This document shows positions 8,671 to 17,241 of a stretch of DNA of 26,941 nt, one piece after another (the first letter of the stretch is position 1; each line of letters opens with the position of its first letter). The stretch covers positions 1 to 26,941 of the IMG/VR virus record IMGVR_UViG_3300032292_000478, one strand, 5' to 3'. The notes below the pieces were generated by a model. The model searched no databases and had not been told where the DNA came from. It saw only the letters and a list, made by a program, of their open reading frames with translations. The position numbers and the translations under genes were made by a program. Source of the DNA: a virus. Lineage: Duplodnaviria > Caudoviricetes.

Positions 8671-8970
8671 ATGAAATGGTTTGATCGTTGGTTTTATCGT
8701 CAAGCTAAAAAGGCTTGGGATAATAAAAACAAGTATGACGAGGTCTACCCAACTCCGCCTGGTCTGCTGGCCGCCGTGGAATGTGATGATGTGGATTGGG
8801 GAGATGGTCTCAACATCCGTGTGAAGCGTGTGAATGGTGGCTTTATCATAAACTTCCGCAAGTATGATCGAGTCAAAGACCGGAATCAAGAAAACATCCA
8901 CATCATCACTGACGAAATGGAGTTCAACCGGGAACTGGGCAAGCTGATCACATTGGAGAGCATGCGTTGA
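8671..8970 (+). CDS. Hypothetical protein
   Basis: 99-aa ORF with SD AAGGA; its stop overlaps the next start. Confidence 0.7.
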   Translation: MKWFDRWFYRQAKKAWDNKNKYDEVYPTPPGLLAAVECDDVDWGDGLNIRVKRVNGGFIINFRKYDRVKDRNQENIHIITDEMEFNRELGKLITLESMR

Positions 8971-10529
8971 CCCAAGACGATCTAACCAGCAAACAGAATG
9001 ACTATGCTGTGTTCCTCCCAGCCATCTCCGGATTCTACGCTACCTTCATAGGCAAACAGCGTCAGGATCCCATGAACCCTTATGTGGATCCTGCTCGGTT
9101 CCCAAATGGTCTTAATGATATGGAACAGATGAACTGGCTCAACAGCCAGCAAGCCTTGTTTCCCTATCGTTGGAGCCTGTATTCAGGTGGTCATGCCAAT
9201 CTGGATCTCAACAAACAGGACTGGTCTGAGGACATGGTGCGTAATCGCGAACCTGGCACCTTCATACTAGGTGACTCCGGAGGATTCCAGATTGCCAAAG
9301 GTCTGTGGGAGGGTGACTGGAAAGCCAACTCGGGTTGCCCAAAAGCACAGAAGAAACGAGCAGACGTATTGAACTGGTTGGATAATATGGCCGACTATGG
9401 CATGATTTTGGACATACCAACTTGGGTGATCCATGACAAAAAAGCCAGCCGGGCTTGCCAGATTACCACACTAAACGAAGCCGTGGATGCTACCAAGTTC
9501 AACAACGAATACTTCATGAAACACCGTCGTGGTAAAGACAATGGCGGTGCCAAGTTCTTGAATGTGTTGCAAGGTGACAATCATACATCAGCAGAGCAGT
9601 GGTATCAGATGATGAAGGACTACTGTGATCCTGCAAAGTATCCTACCACACACTTTGATGGTTGGTCAATGGGTGGTCAGAACATGTGTGATGTACACTT
9701 AGTGCTCAAACGGTTAGTGGCCTTGCGTTACGATAACTTGTTGCAACAGGGCAAGCATGACTGGATGCACTTCTTGGGCACCTCCAAACTGGAATGGGCA
9801 GTGCTACTCACAGTCATACAGCGGGCAGTACGGAAGTATGTCAACCCCGATTTCACCATCAGCTTTGACTGTGCCAGCCCGTTCTTGGCCACAGCAAATG
9901 GACAAGTCTACTTTGAGAATGTATTTGAGCACGACTCAAAATGGTCATACAGAATGGCTCCCAGTGCCGACGATAAGAAGTATTCCACAGATACTCGTAA
10001 GTGGAGCACTGGTGTGGTAGCAGATGGTATCTATCCACGCTGGGAAGATTCACCAATCAGTGACCTATTGCAGATGAAAGACATCTGTATCTACCGGCCT
10101 GGTGATCTCAACAAAAATGGTAAAGAGGGCAAAACTTCGTGGGATAGTTTCAGCTATGCCTTGTTGATGGGTCACAATGTTTGGATGCACTTGACTGCGG
10201 TACAAGAGGCCAATAGGCGTTTTGATGCCGGAGAACATCCTGCCATGATGCGACGCCAAGGTGGTGACTATGCTAAGTTTGAGGACATAGTGGAATCCAT
10301 ATTCGCTGCACCAGATCGGGCCACTGCTGAATCCATAATCGAAAAGTACAGCAGCTATTGGATGGAGATCGTGGGCACACGAGGATTCAAAGGCAAGAAG
10401 GCCATGAATGCCCGAACACAGTTCAATGTGTTGTTTGATTTAGAAGAACAAAGTGTTGACAACAATATCGAAGATGCTGTAAACTTAGACTCATCCGCAT
10501 TAGATCAACTTGAACAGGAACAAACATGA
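8967..10529 (+). CDS. dpdA: TGT-fold guanine transglycosylase, DpdA-like (7-deazaguanine insertion into DNA)
   Basis: TGT motifs LGDSGGFQ, MILDIP, NVLQG, GWSMGG, HFLG, SFDCAS and HN; clustered with folE/queD/queE; TTG start. DNA rather than tRNA as the substrate is inferred from context. Confidence 0.8.
   Translation: MTQDDLTSKQNDYAVFLPAISGFYATFIGKQRQDPMNPYVDPARFPNGLNDMEQMNWLNSQQALFPYRWSLYSGGHANLDLNKQDWSEDMVRNREPGTFILGDSGGFQIAKGLWEGDWKANSGCPKAQKKRADVLNWLDNMADYGMILDIPTWVIHDKKASRACQITTLNEAVDATKFNNEYFMKHRRGKDNGGAKFLNVLQGDNHTSAEQWYQMMKDYCDPAKYPTTHFDGWSMGGQNMCDVHLVLKRLVALRYDNLLQQGKHDWMHFLGTSKLEWAVLLTVIQRAVRKYVNPDFTISFDCASPFLATANGQVYFENVFEHDSKWSYRMAPSADDKKYSTDTRKWSTGVVADGIYPRWEDSPISDLLQMKDICIYRPGDLNKNGKEGKTSWDSFSYALLMGHNVWMHLTAVQEANRRFDAGEHPAMMRRQGGDYAKFEDIVESIFAAPDRATAESIIEKYSSYWMEIVGTRGFKGKKAMNARTQFNVLFDLEEQSVDNNIEDAVNLDSSALDQLEQEQT
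10456..10485 (+). promoter_or_regulatory. Possible internal sigma70-like promoter within the 3' end of dpdA
   Basis: TTGACA (10456-10461), 18 bp, TAAACT (10480-10485), about 40 nt upstream of the next start. Confidence 0.4.
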
Positions 10530-11044
10530 AACGAGAAGGCTTCGATGATATCCAGTTTTTTGTGGGCTCAGAAGTAGAACTCACACCCATGTATGGCAAG
10601 ACCACTTTGTTTGTGGTAGGCTTACATGCTGCCAAAGACATCATGAAACACGTGGCCAACCACCCTGATGGCATCCAGCATGTGTATTTCGGTGCCAATC
10701 AAAGTTTTCCTAACTTGGCCACTGACAATGCCAAGGAGTGGAAAGCCTGGACCAAGATGATCTCGGATGTGTTGGCTGAAGGTATCTGGGCCACATTGGA
10801 TCTAGACATCAGCTGCGTGGAAGGCCTTGCTGATACAGGCTTGTGTGAGCACTTCAACTTCATCCCAATGATCTCAGCCAAACTACCCTACATCAATCAA
10901 CTGGGATACAATGCTGTGCTCAAACTAGATGACCGGGACTTCCAAGCCACCAATCCTGGTGTTTGGTGTTGGAATATACATGACCTCAAACAGCGTGACT
11001 ACTTTACCAGCTGGGACGCTTACACTCAGGACGAAAGACTATGA
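10526..11044 (+). CDS. Hypothetical protein of the deazaguanine cluster
   Basis: 172-aa ORF with ATGA coupling on both sides; enzyme-like motifs HVYFGANQSF and KLDDRDFQATNPGVW. Confidence 0.75.
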   Translation: MKREGFDDIQFFVGSEVELTPMYGKTTLFVVGLHAAKDIMKHVANHPDGIQHVYFGANQSFPNLATDNAKEWKAWTKMISDVLAEGIWATLDLDISCVEGLADTGLCEHFNFIPMISAKLPYINQLGYNAVLKLDDRDFQATNPGVWCWNIHDLKQRDYFTSWDAYTQDERL

Positions 11045-11496
11045 TAGAACAACGAGAAATGGCATTACAAGAAAAGCATCAGCGCATCATGGACCTAGCA
11101 GAGCGCAAGATATGGGTGACCTTCCGCAAAGAGGGCATGCATAAATACCCGGCAGCAGCCACAGACCCAGCGTTGGCCACCGGAGATGAATATGACGTAT
11201 CGTTCCTTGCTAATCCCCATCGTCATATTTTTCATTTCAGGGTGTGGATCGATGTGTTCCATAATGACAGGGACATCGAGTTCATCCAATTCAAACGATG
11301 GCTGGAGAATCTGTTTCGCGATTCCACTCTAAGCCTAGACTACAAATCTTGCGAGATGATCGCAGACGACCTATATACCCAAATCTCATCACGTTACCCT
11401 GGTCGTAGCGTGTGGATTGAAGTGGCCGAAGATGGTGAGAACGGCTGCCTCATCAAATACGATACTCACCGTCCTAACATCAACTTAGCAATCTAA
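11041..11496 (+). CDS. dpdL: QueD-paralogous T-fold protein, DpdL-like (proposed CDG decarboxylase)
   Basis: LANPHRHIF fits LxxxHRHxF in place of the QueD CxxxHGH motif; T-fold tail SCEMIA...EVAEDGENG. The DpdL motif is recalled from the literature, not searched. Confidence 0.7.
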   Translation: MIEQREMALQEKHQRIMDLAERKIWVTFRKEGMHKYPAAATDPALATGDEYDVSFLANPHRHIFHFRVWIDVFHNDRDIEFIQFKRWLENLFRDSTLSLDYKSCEMIADDLYTQISSRYPGRSVWIEVAEDGENGCLIKYDTHRPNINLAI

Positions 11497-11510
11497 AAGG
11501 AAACTGCATC

Positions 11511-11732
11511 ATGGGCAAGCGCGACTATCAACCCAATCCCCGTACACAACAAACTTTGGAGGACTTGGACAAGTTCTTAGAGTTCTGTCGTGACTACGGA
11601 TATCGCTTCAACGAAGGCGATCTCTACAACTTCAAGGCCTATGCCTGGCAACAATACAACAAATTCAGTTCAGGCAAAAACGCCAAGAACATGTGGGACG
11701 AGGATAGCCGTCGGCTTGCTGGTGCTCGCTGA
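11511..11732 (+). CDS. Small hypothetical protein
   Basis: 73-aa ORF with SD AAGGA and TGATG coupling to the next gene. Confidence 0.7.
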   Translation: MGKRDYQPNPRTQQTLEDLDKFLEFCRDYGYRFNEGDLYNFKAYAWQQYNKFSSGKNAKNMWDEDSRRLAGAR

Positions 11733-12931
11733 TGAGAAAACTTTTCTACATGGGCCTTGAGTCGTACGAGGCCCGATACACACTACAACTCACTGAATGG
11801 AATCGGCGTGTGTTTGATCGCCGTGGACTAGATGTGGTGTATGTGCCTGGTACGACCATTGACGATAGCCAAAGCATCAGCGTAGGACAGGTCCTGGACG
11901 CACATGGCCGCAGTTATTTTTCAATGAGCCAGATGATGAATCTGGTGCAACTGATGAAAGACGGAGAAGTCACCAGTGACGACGTCATCTACTTCGAAGA
12001 CATGTTCCAGCCCGGCATCGAAAGCCTGCCTTACATCATGGATCAGATCCCTGCTGATATGCGGCCTCGTGTGTTTGTGCGCTGTCTTGCTCAGGCTATT
12101 GACCCTGATGACTTTGTTCATGTATGGGGCATGGCGCAGTGGATGTCAACTTATGAAAAGATGGTGAACCACTTTGTGTCAGGCGTGTTGGCCACTAACG
12201 AAGAGATGGTAGCTCATATGCGCATCGCTGGATGGACTGCCCCAATCTACAACATTTCAGGGTTGGCATTTGGCAAAGAGGAAGTGCTGGAGCGTGTGGA
12301 TGGCAAGGTGCGTCCATTTGAACAACGCAAGATGCGTGTGGGATTCGCTGCTCGTTGGGATCAGGAGAAACAGCCCGGCTTCTTCATGGACATGATCGAA
12401 GCATACTTGAGCCGACCACCTGCTGCTAGACACGAAGTCCGGTTTGCTATATTTTCTGGCGGTCCTCTGCGCAGCAACAATCCCGAGTATGTGTCGCGAG
12501 CCAGGACTATGGCAGCACAGGGCAAGCTAGACATCCACGAGAACCTAGGAAAAAATGAGTATTATAGATTACTTAATGATACTCGCGTATTGTTTAATTG
12601 TGCTCTACAAGATTGGGTCAGCAATACTGTCAGCGAAGGGGACACCTTAGGCGCTAATGTGTTATATCCCGCTTATCGCAGTTTTCCAGAAACCTTTGCC
12701 AATGACCATGAGCGTATGTATGTGCCTTGGAGCCAGGAAGATGCCTTGGCCAAACTGGATCTACTGCTGCTGGCACCACATCACAATCAAGGCTTGATCT
12801 CAGACTGGACCAATGGCACTGTGGACCGTGTGGTAGATATCATGCAAGGTCAAGGTGAACAATGGCGTAGAGATGATCCACGCTACAGGGATCATGCTGC
12901 CACAGCCAAATACTCATTGAGGGCACGATAA
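11732..12931 (+). CDS. GT-B fold (GT4-like) glycosyltransferase
   Basis: FAARWDQEKQPG, LQDWVSNTVSEG and YRSFPE match the pattern of the GT-B C-terminal nucleotide-sugar binding domain. Confidence 0.8.
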   Translation: MRKLFYMGLESYEARYTLQLTEWNRRVFDRRGLDVVYVPGTTIDDSQSISVGQVLDAHGRSYFSMSQMMNLVQLMKDGEVTSDDVIYFEDMFQPGIESLPYIMDQIPADMRPRVFVRCLAQAIDPDDFVHVWGMAQWMSTYEKMVNHFVSGVLATNEEMVAHMRIAGWTAPIYNISGLAFGKEEVLERVDGKVRPFEQRKMRVGFAARWDQEKQPGFFMDMIEAYLSRPPAARHEVRFAIFSGGPLRSNNPEYVSRARTMAAQGKLDIHENLGKNEYYRLLNDTRVLFNCALQDWVSNTVSEGDTLGANVLYPAYRSFPETFANDHERMYVPWSQEDALAKLDLLLLAPHHNQGLISDWTNGTVDRVVDIMQGQGEQWRRDDPRYRDHAATAKYSLRAR

Positions 12932-13878
12932 TGAACATTGTAGTCACAGGAGCCGCAGGTTTCATTGGCGGCGAGATCATGCTCAAACTCAAAGATGCTG
13001 GACACCGTGTGATGGGTGTTGACTTTACACCCTTGCCTGATCACTTGCAAGGTGTGCCAGACTACTTCTTGTTTCGAGACTTTGCGGATCAAGACAGCAC
13101 AGCAGAGATGCATAAGTGGCAACCAGATGCTATCATCCATTGTGCTGGTACCAGTTTGGTTGGGCCTAGTCTTGCCAACCCAGGCATCTACTACAACAAC
13201 AACGTGGTCAAGACCTTGATCCTGCTGGGCAACGTCAACACCTTTATGCCCGGATGTAGAGTCATATTCAGTTCTAGTGCAGCGGTGTATGGACAACCAA
13301 TCATGACCCCATGTCATGAAGTAGATCCAAGAGAACCCATTTCTCCCTATGGAGAGAGTAAGATGATGATTGAGCAAGTGCTCGAAAGCTATCATCGTGC
13401 TTACAAACTAGATTATGTGGCCTTCCGTTACTTCAATGCCTGTGGTGCTGATAGTCAAGCAAGGCATGGACAGGCACCTGGTGCTACCCATGTCATAGCT
13501 CGTTTGCTGGAAGCTATACGTGATGATTTGGTGTTTACTGTGAATGGCAACAACTACAATACCGATGATGGCACTTGCGTGAGAGACTATGTGCATGTGG
13601 AAGATATCGCAGAAGCTCATATCCGTGCATTAGATCGTGATATTCCTGCAGGTGTGTATAATCTAGGCAACAGCACAGGTACCAGTGTGATGCAGATTTT
13701 GGCTGCTTGCAATGCGATCACAGGACGTACTCCAGTGGTTGGATTTGGTCCACGCCGCCAAGGCGATCCAGACACTCTTACTGCATCATCAGACAAGTTT
13801 GACCGTGTGGCTCCGGGTTGGCGCAAATACGATCTGGATCACATGATCCAACACGCCTGGAAGTGGTATGTTCGATAA
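12931..13878 (+). CDS. galE: UDP-glucose 4-epimerase / NAD-dependent sugar epimerase
   Basis: TGAAGFIG, FSSSAAVYG, catalytic YGESK, RYFNACGA, DGTCVRDYVHV. Confidence 0.93.
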   Translation: MNIVVTGAAGFIGGEIMLKLKDAGHRVMGVDFTPLPDHLQGVPDYFLFRDFADQDSTAEMHKWQPDAIIHCAGTSLVGPSLANPGIYYNNNVVKTLILLGNVNTFMPGCRVIFSSSAAVYGQPIMTPCHEVDPREPISPYGESKMMIEQVLESYHRAYKLDYVAFRYFNACGADSQARHGQAPGATHVIARLLEAIRDDLVFTVNGNNYNTDDGTCVRDYVHVEDIAEAHIRALDRDIPAGVYNLGNSTGTSVMQILAACNAITGRTPVVGFGPRRQGDPDTLTASSDKFDRVAPGWRKYDLDHMIQHAWKWYVR

Positions 13879-14464
13879 GATCCTAAAGTTTGAAAAGGAG
13901 TTGGCTGAGTTCTGTGGCGCGCCTTATGCCATCATGACCGACTGCTGCACCCATGCCATTGAGCTGTGCCTAAGACACGATCAGATTCGAGCACTAAAGA
14001 TGACTCCATATACCTACATCAGCATACCCATGCTTATGCACAAGTTAGGTATCCATTATGTGTACAAAGATGAAACCGAGCAAACTTGGGCCGGTGAGTA
14101 TGATTTTATGTATACTCGCATTTGGGACAGTGCTCGTAGACTAGAACCAGACATGTATCAATCAGGCAAGATGCAATGTTTGAGTTTTGGCTATGACAAG
14201 CCTTTAAACATAGGCCGTGGTGGTGCTATACTGTTGGATGATCGCAAAGCATACGACAAAATAATCCGTATGAGATACGATGGACGTGATCTAACTGTGT
14301 CACCGTGGATCGATCAAAAGAAGTTTGTGGTAGGATACCATTACAAGCCTACCATAGAAGAGGCTGTGCTTGGTTCGAAGTTGTTGAAGAAGCTGAAGAA
14401 AGATTGTCCGCCTGTTAAAACAGTTGCGTATCCTGATCTAAGAAATATAAAAATCTCGGAATGA
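13868..14464 (+). CDS. Short DegT/DnrJ/EryC1/StrS-like PLP-dependent aminotransferase
   Basis: FEKELAEFCGAPYA, CCTHAIEL, DSA and SFGYDKPLNIGRGGAI (PLP lysine); only 198 aa. Confidence 0.75.
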   Translation: MFDKILKFEKELAEFCGAPYAIMTDCCTHAIELCLRHDQIRALKMTPYTYISIPMLMHKLGIHYVYKDETEQTWAGEYDFMYTRIWDSARRLEPDMYQSGKMQCLSFGYDKPLNIGRGGAILLDDRKAYDKIIRMRYDGRDLTVSPWIDQKKFVVGYHYKPTIEEAVLGSKLLKKLKKDCPPVKTVAYPDLRNIKISE

Positions 14465-15459
14465 TTATACCGATACAAAAAGTGCAACCTGGGGTGTTGC
14501 GTTACACTGGCTTGCATTTCAACAGCCAATCCGATATAGAACATCAAGTACATCAAGACCTAAACAAATCTGGGTTCACAGTGCAAGACATACGCGATCA
14601 TAGGATGATTTTAGATTTCAGCTGCGAAGGTCATTGTGACCAAGTAGCAGCACCATTGATCAAATATTTGCAGTCCTTGCCTGTGCAGGATCTACTGGTG
14701 ATATACAGCACCTGTGTTGATACCAAACAGTTGGATTACCGGGCGTTAAGTATGCCCAACTGGATGGTAACCCATAGCCAATGGTTGTCACGTCTCGAAT
14801 CAATGTATTACGATGACACAGTTGATCAAAAGTTTTTGTGTTTGATGCGTAGGCCTAGCCACAGTAGGGCCATGATAGCTCGTATGTTGCTAGACTCAAA
14901 CTGTGATGTGAGAATGAGTTTTGGATCCGCAGCGATTTGGGCTAACAAACCTTTCCAGCACCTGTTTCCCGATGTAAACTTACCTATGTTGATTGACGGT
15001 GTAATAGATCGTGTGACCAACGATACCGAACATGACCAAACAAATCCAGTGTTCCATAGTTGTTTGTTCAATCTCGTAGTTGAAAGCAGTAGCCAAACCG
15101 ATGTGGGTATCTGGCGCAGTTTATTCATCACGGAAAAAACTTTCAAATCATTTGGTCTGCGACAAATACCTATCTGGTTCGCTGTTCCGGGTCTAGTGCA
15201 AGAGATTCGGAAGTTGGGGTTTGATATGTTTGATGACATAGTGAATCATGACTATGATAGCATACCAGAAGAAGAAACAAGATTTCGGGCAGTGATTGAT
15301 CAAGTACGGAAGTTAGATCAAACACTCAGCATATCACAATGCCAGGATATCAGGAAGTCGTTGAGAGATCGATTGTGTGCGAACTTTGACCTTTTACAAC
15401 AACATCGTAACCAAGTACGTGAGATACATTATAACACTGTCAAAGAGTTTATGAAATGA
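14461..15459 (+). CDS. Hypothetical protein, possibly glycosyltransferase-related
   Basis: KFLCLMRR, FNLVVES...FITEKTFK and GFDMFDDIVNHDYD resemble phage GT10-like proteins; weak call. Confidence 0.5.
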   Translation: MIIPIQKVQPGVLRYTGLHFNSQSDIEHQVHQDLNKSGFTVQDIRDHRMILDFSCEGHCDQVAAPLIKYLQSLPVQDLLVIYSTCVDTKQLDYRALSMPNWMVTHSQWLSRLESMYYDDTVDQKFLCLMRRPSHSRAMIARMLLDSNCDVRMSFGSAAIWANKPFQHLFPDVNLPMLIDGVIDRVTNDTEHDQTNPVFHSCLFNLVVESSSQTDVGIWRSLFITEKTFKSFGLRQIPIWFAVPGLVQEIRKLGFDMFDDIVNHDYDSIPEEETRFRAVIDQVRKLDQTLSISQCQDIRKSLRDRLCANFDLLQQHRNQVREIHYNTVKEFMK

Positions 15460-16172
15460 AAAATCATTTGTACATATTTGGAGATTCCTGGGCGTATGGG
15501 GCAGAACTAGATCCTGGCACAAGGAGACAACAAAACTATGCTGGTCAGTTAGGGGTCATGCTCGGTGTGGACCAAGTCAGGAACTACTCAGAGGTAGCAA
15601 GCTCAATCAGTCATATGCATCTACAGGTTCGTCAGGCCATGATAGAATCAGTTGGTGATGACTCAAAAAAAACTGCGATATTCTTCCTTACTGGTCAACA
15701 ACGATTCTTGTTTTTTGATATGGATGGAGAATTTGTTAACTTAAATCCGTCTAGTGAATACCTTCATCGCCCTATGCAACAAAAGTACGAAAGTTTGTTC
15801 AAAGAAATCAACAAGTTTTACTATAAAAAAATACAATCCAAACAAGCCGATGATATTTCTTTGAACACCAATCTGTTGGCCTTCCAGACCTTGTGCAAAC
15901 ATCACAACATTAATGACTACTATATTTCGGGATGGCAAACGCTCAACTTATGGCCCGAAGTAGATGCTACCAAGATATATCGCCAAGGACAAAGCCATTG
16001 TGCAGAGTTGTTGGGGTTGCTCTCTAAAAAGGGAACGATACGGTTTGAGATTCCGGAAAAAAATCAATACATCTATCCACATGGGTCTCATCCTAATGCT
16101 CAAGGTCATAGGTTGATAGCTCAGACATTGTACGACTTTATTAAATCCAAAAACATTGACACTAAAATCTAA
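15456..16172 (+). CDS. SGNH/GDSL hydrolase-family protein (esterase or acyltransferase)
   Basis: N-terminal FGDSW and C-terminal SHPNAQGH blocks. Confidence 0.75.
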   Translation: MKNHLYIFGDSWAYGAELDPGTRRQQNYAGQLGVMLGVDQVRNYSEVASSISHMHLQVRQAMIESVGDDSKKTAIFFLTGQQRFLFFDMDGEFVNLNPSSEYLHRPMQQKYESLFKEINKFYYKKIQSKQADDISLNTNLLAFQTLCKHHNINDYYISGWQTLNLWPEVDATKIYRQGQSHCAELLGLLSKKGTIRFEIPEKNQYIYPHGSHPNAQGHRLIAQTLYDFIKSKNIDTKI

Positions 16173-16184
16173 ATACGCTATAAT
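16156..16184 (+). promoter_or_regulatory. Consensus sigma70 promoter with an embedded TAAATA upstream of folE
   Basis: TTGACA (16156-16161), 17 bp, TATAAT (16179-16184); AAAATCTAAATA at 16164-16175. Confidence 0.85.
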
Positions 16185-16202
16185 CAATCCACTGGAGAAC
16201 AT

Positions 16203-16904
16203 ATGACAGACACAAGCAAACATCTATCACAAGTATTGCGCGAGCGCATGAAGTCAGATGGCAAGAGGTTCTGGGCCGGAGACAACATCAGCGACTATCT
16301 AGCTGATTCGGACAAAGAACACTTGATCACCGAAGCCACAGAGGCTTTTGAAAAAGTCTTGGATGCACTATTGATCGATCGTGAAAATGATCCCAATAGC
16401 CAAGGAACAGCCCGCCGTATGGCGAAAATGTATTTTAACGAAATCATGAGTGGACGATATGATACCAGCCCTGCTGCGACCAGTTTCCCCAACGAAGACG
16501 AAGGCAAATACCAAGGTATGTTGGTTGTTAGATCCGAACTCAAAAGTATGTGTTCGCATCATCACCAACCAGTCACCGGCATCGCGTACATCGGCATCAT
16601 CGCAGGCTCCACGCTGATCGGTCTCAGCAAGTATAGCCGCATCGCACAATGGTGTGCTCGTCGTGGAACCTTGCAGGAAGAACTGTGCATGGACATCGCA
16701 CGTGAGATTGGTCGTGCTTCGGGCAGTCCGGATGTGGGCGTGTATATCCAAGCCCAGCATGGTTGTTGCGAGAATCGCGGTATCATGGCATACTCCAGTC
16801 TCACACAGACCACAGTGCTCAACGGCGTGTTCAAAACAGATCCATCTGTGAAAAAAGAGTTCTTTGACAATATCAAACTACAGCAAGATTTTGCCCCACG
16901 ATAA
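16203..16904 (+). CDS. folE: GTP cyclohydrolase I
   Basis: TARRMAKMY, SMCSHHHQP, GLSKYSRI, LQEEL, HGCCENRG. Confidence 0.96.
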   Translation: MTDTSKHLSQVLRERMKSDGKRFWAGDNISDYLADSDKEHLITEATEAFEKVLDALLIDRENDPNSQGTARRMAKMYFNEIMSGRYDTSPAATSFPNEDEGKYQGMLVVRSELKSMCSHHHQPVTGIAYIGIIAGSTLIGLSKYSRIAQWCARRGTLQEELCMDIAREIGRASGSPDVGVYIQAQHGCCENRGIMAYSSLTQTTVLNGVFKTDPSVKKEFFDNIKLQQDFAPR

Positions 16905-17239
16905 TGCCACGCAAAAAGAAAACTTTCTGGACTGAGGAAGAGATAGCCCGGGATCAAATCGAGATGCAGAAGTTAGCAGCAGAGTTGGATCTAATACTAG
17001 TACCACTAACCAAGGAGAGCAACATGGCAAAAGCCAAAGTAGCAGTAAAGAAGATCAGCGACAAGTTGGCCAAGACCAATGAGAACTTTAGCATCAACAT
17101 GTATGACAACGGTTTCATGATCGAAGTCAGTGGCCGTGATGATGAAAACGAGTGGAAGACTGCCAAGATCATGGTGACCACTGTGGATGAACTTGTGGCC
17201 TTGGTGCGCGAAGCCGCTGAAATGGAACGCGATAGCTAA
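16904..17239 (+). CDS. Hypothetical protein; a second in-frame start is likely at 17024
   Basis: TAATG coupling to folE at 16904, plus a strong SD AAGGAG before ATG 17024. Confidence 0.65.
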   Translation: MPRKKKTFWTEEEIARDQIEMQKLAAELDLILVPLTKESNMAKAKVAVKKISDKLAKTNENFSINMYDNGFMIEVSGRDDENEWKTAKIMVTTVDELVALVREAAEMERDS

Positions 17240-17241
17240 CA

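Noticed and set aside
8967-10529. Ordinary bacterial tRNA-guanine transglycosylase (tgt)
   Set aside because: It is longer and divergent, lacks the CxCxxC zinc motif, and sits beside phage replication genes. tRNA activity is not formally excluded.
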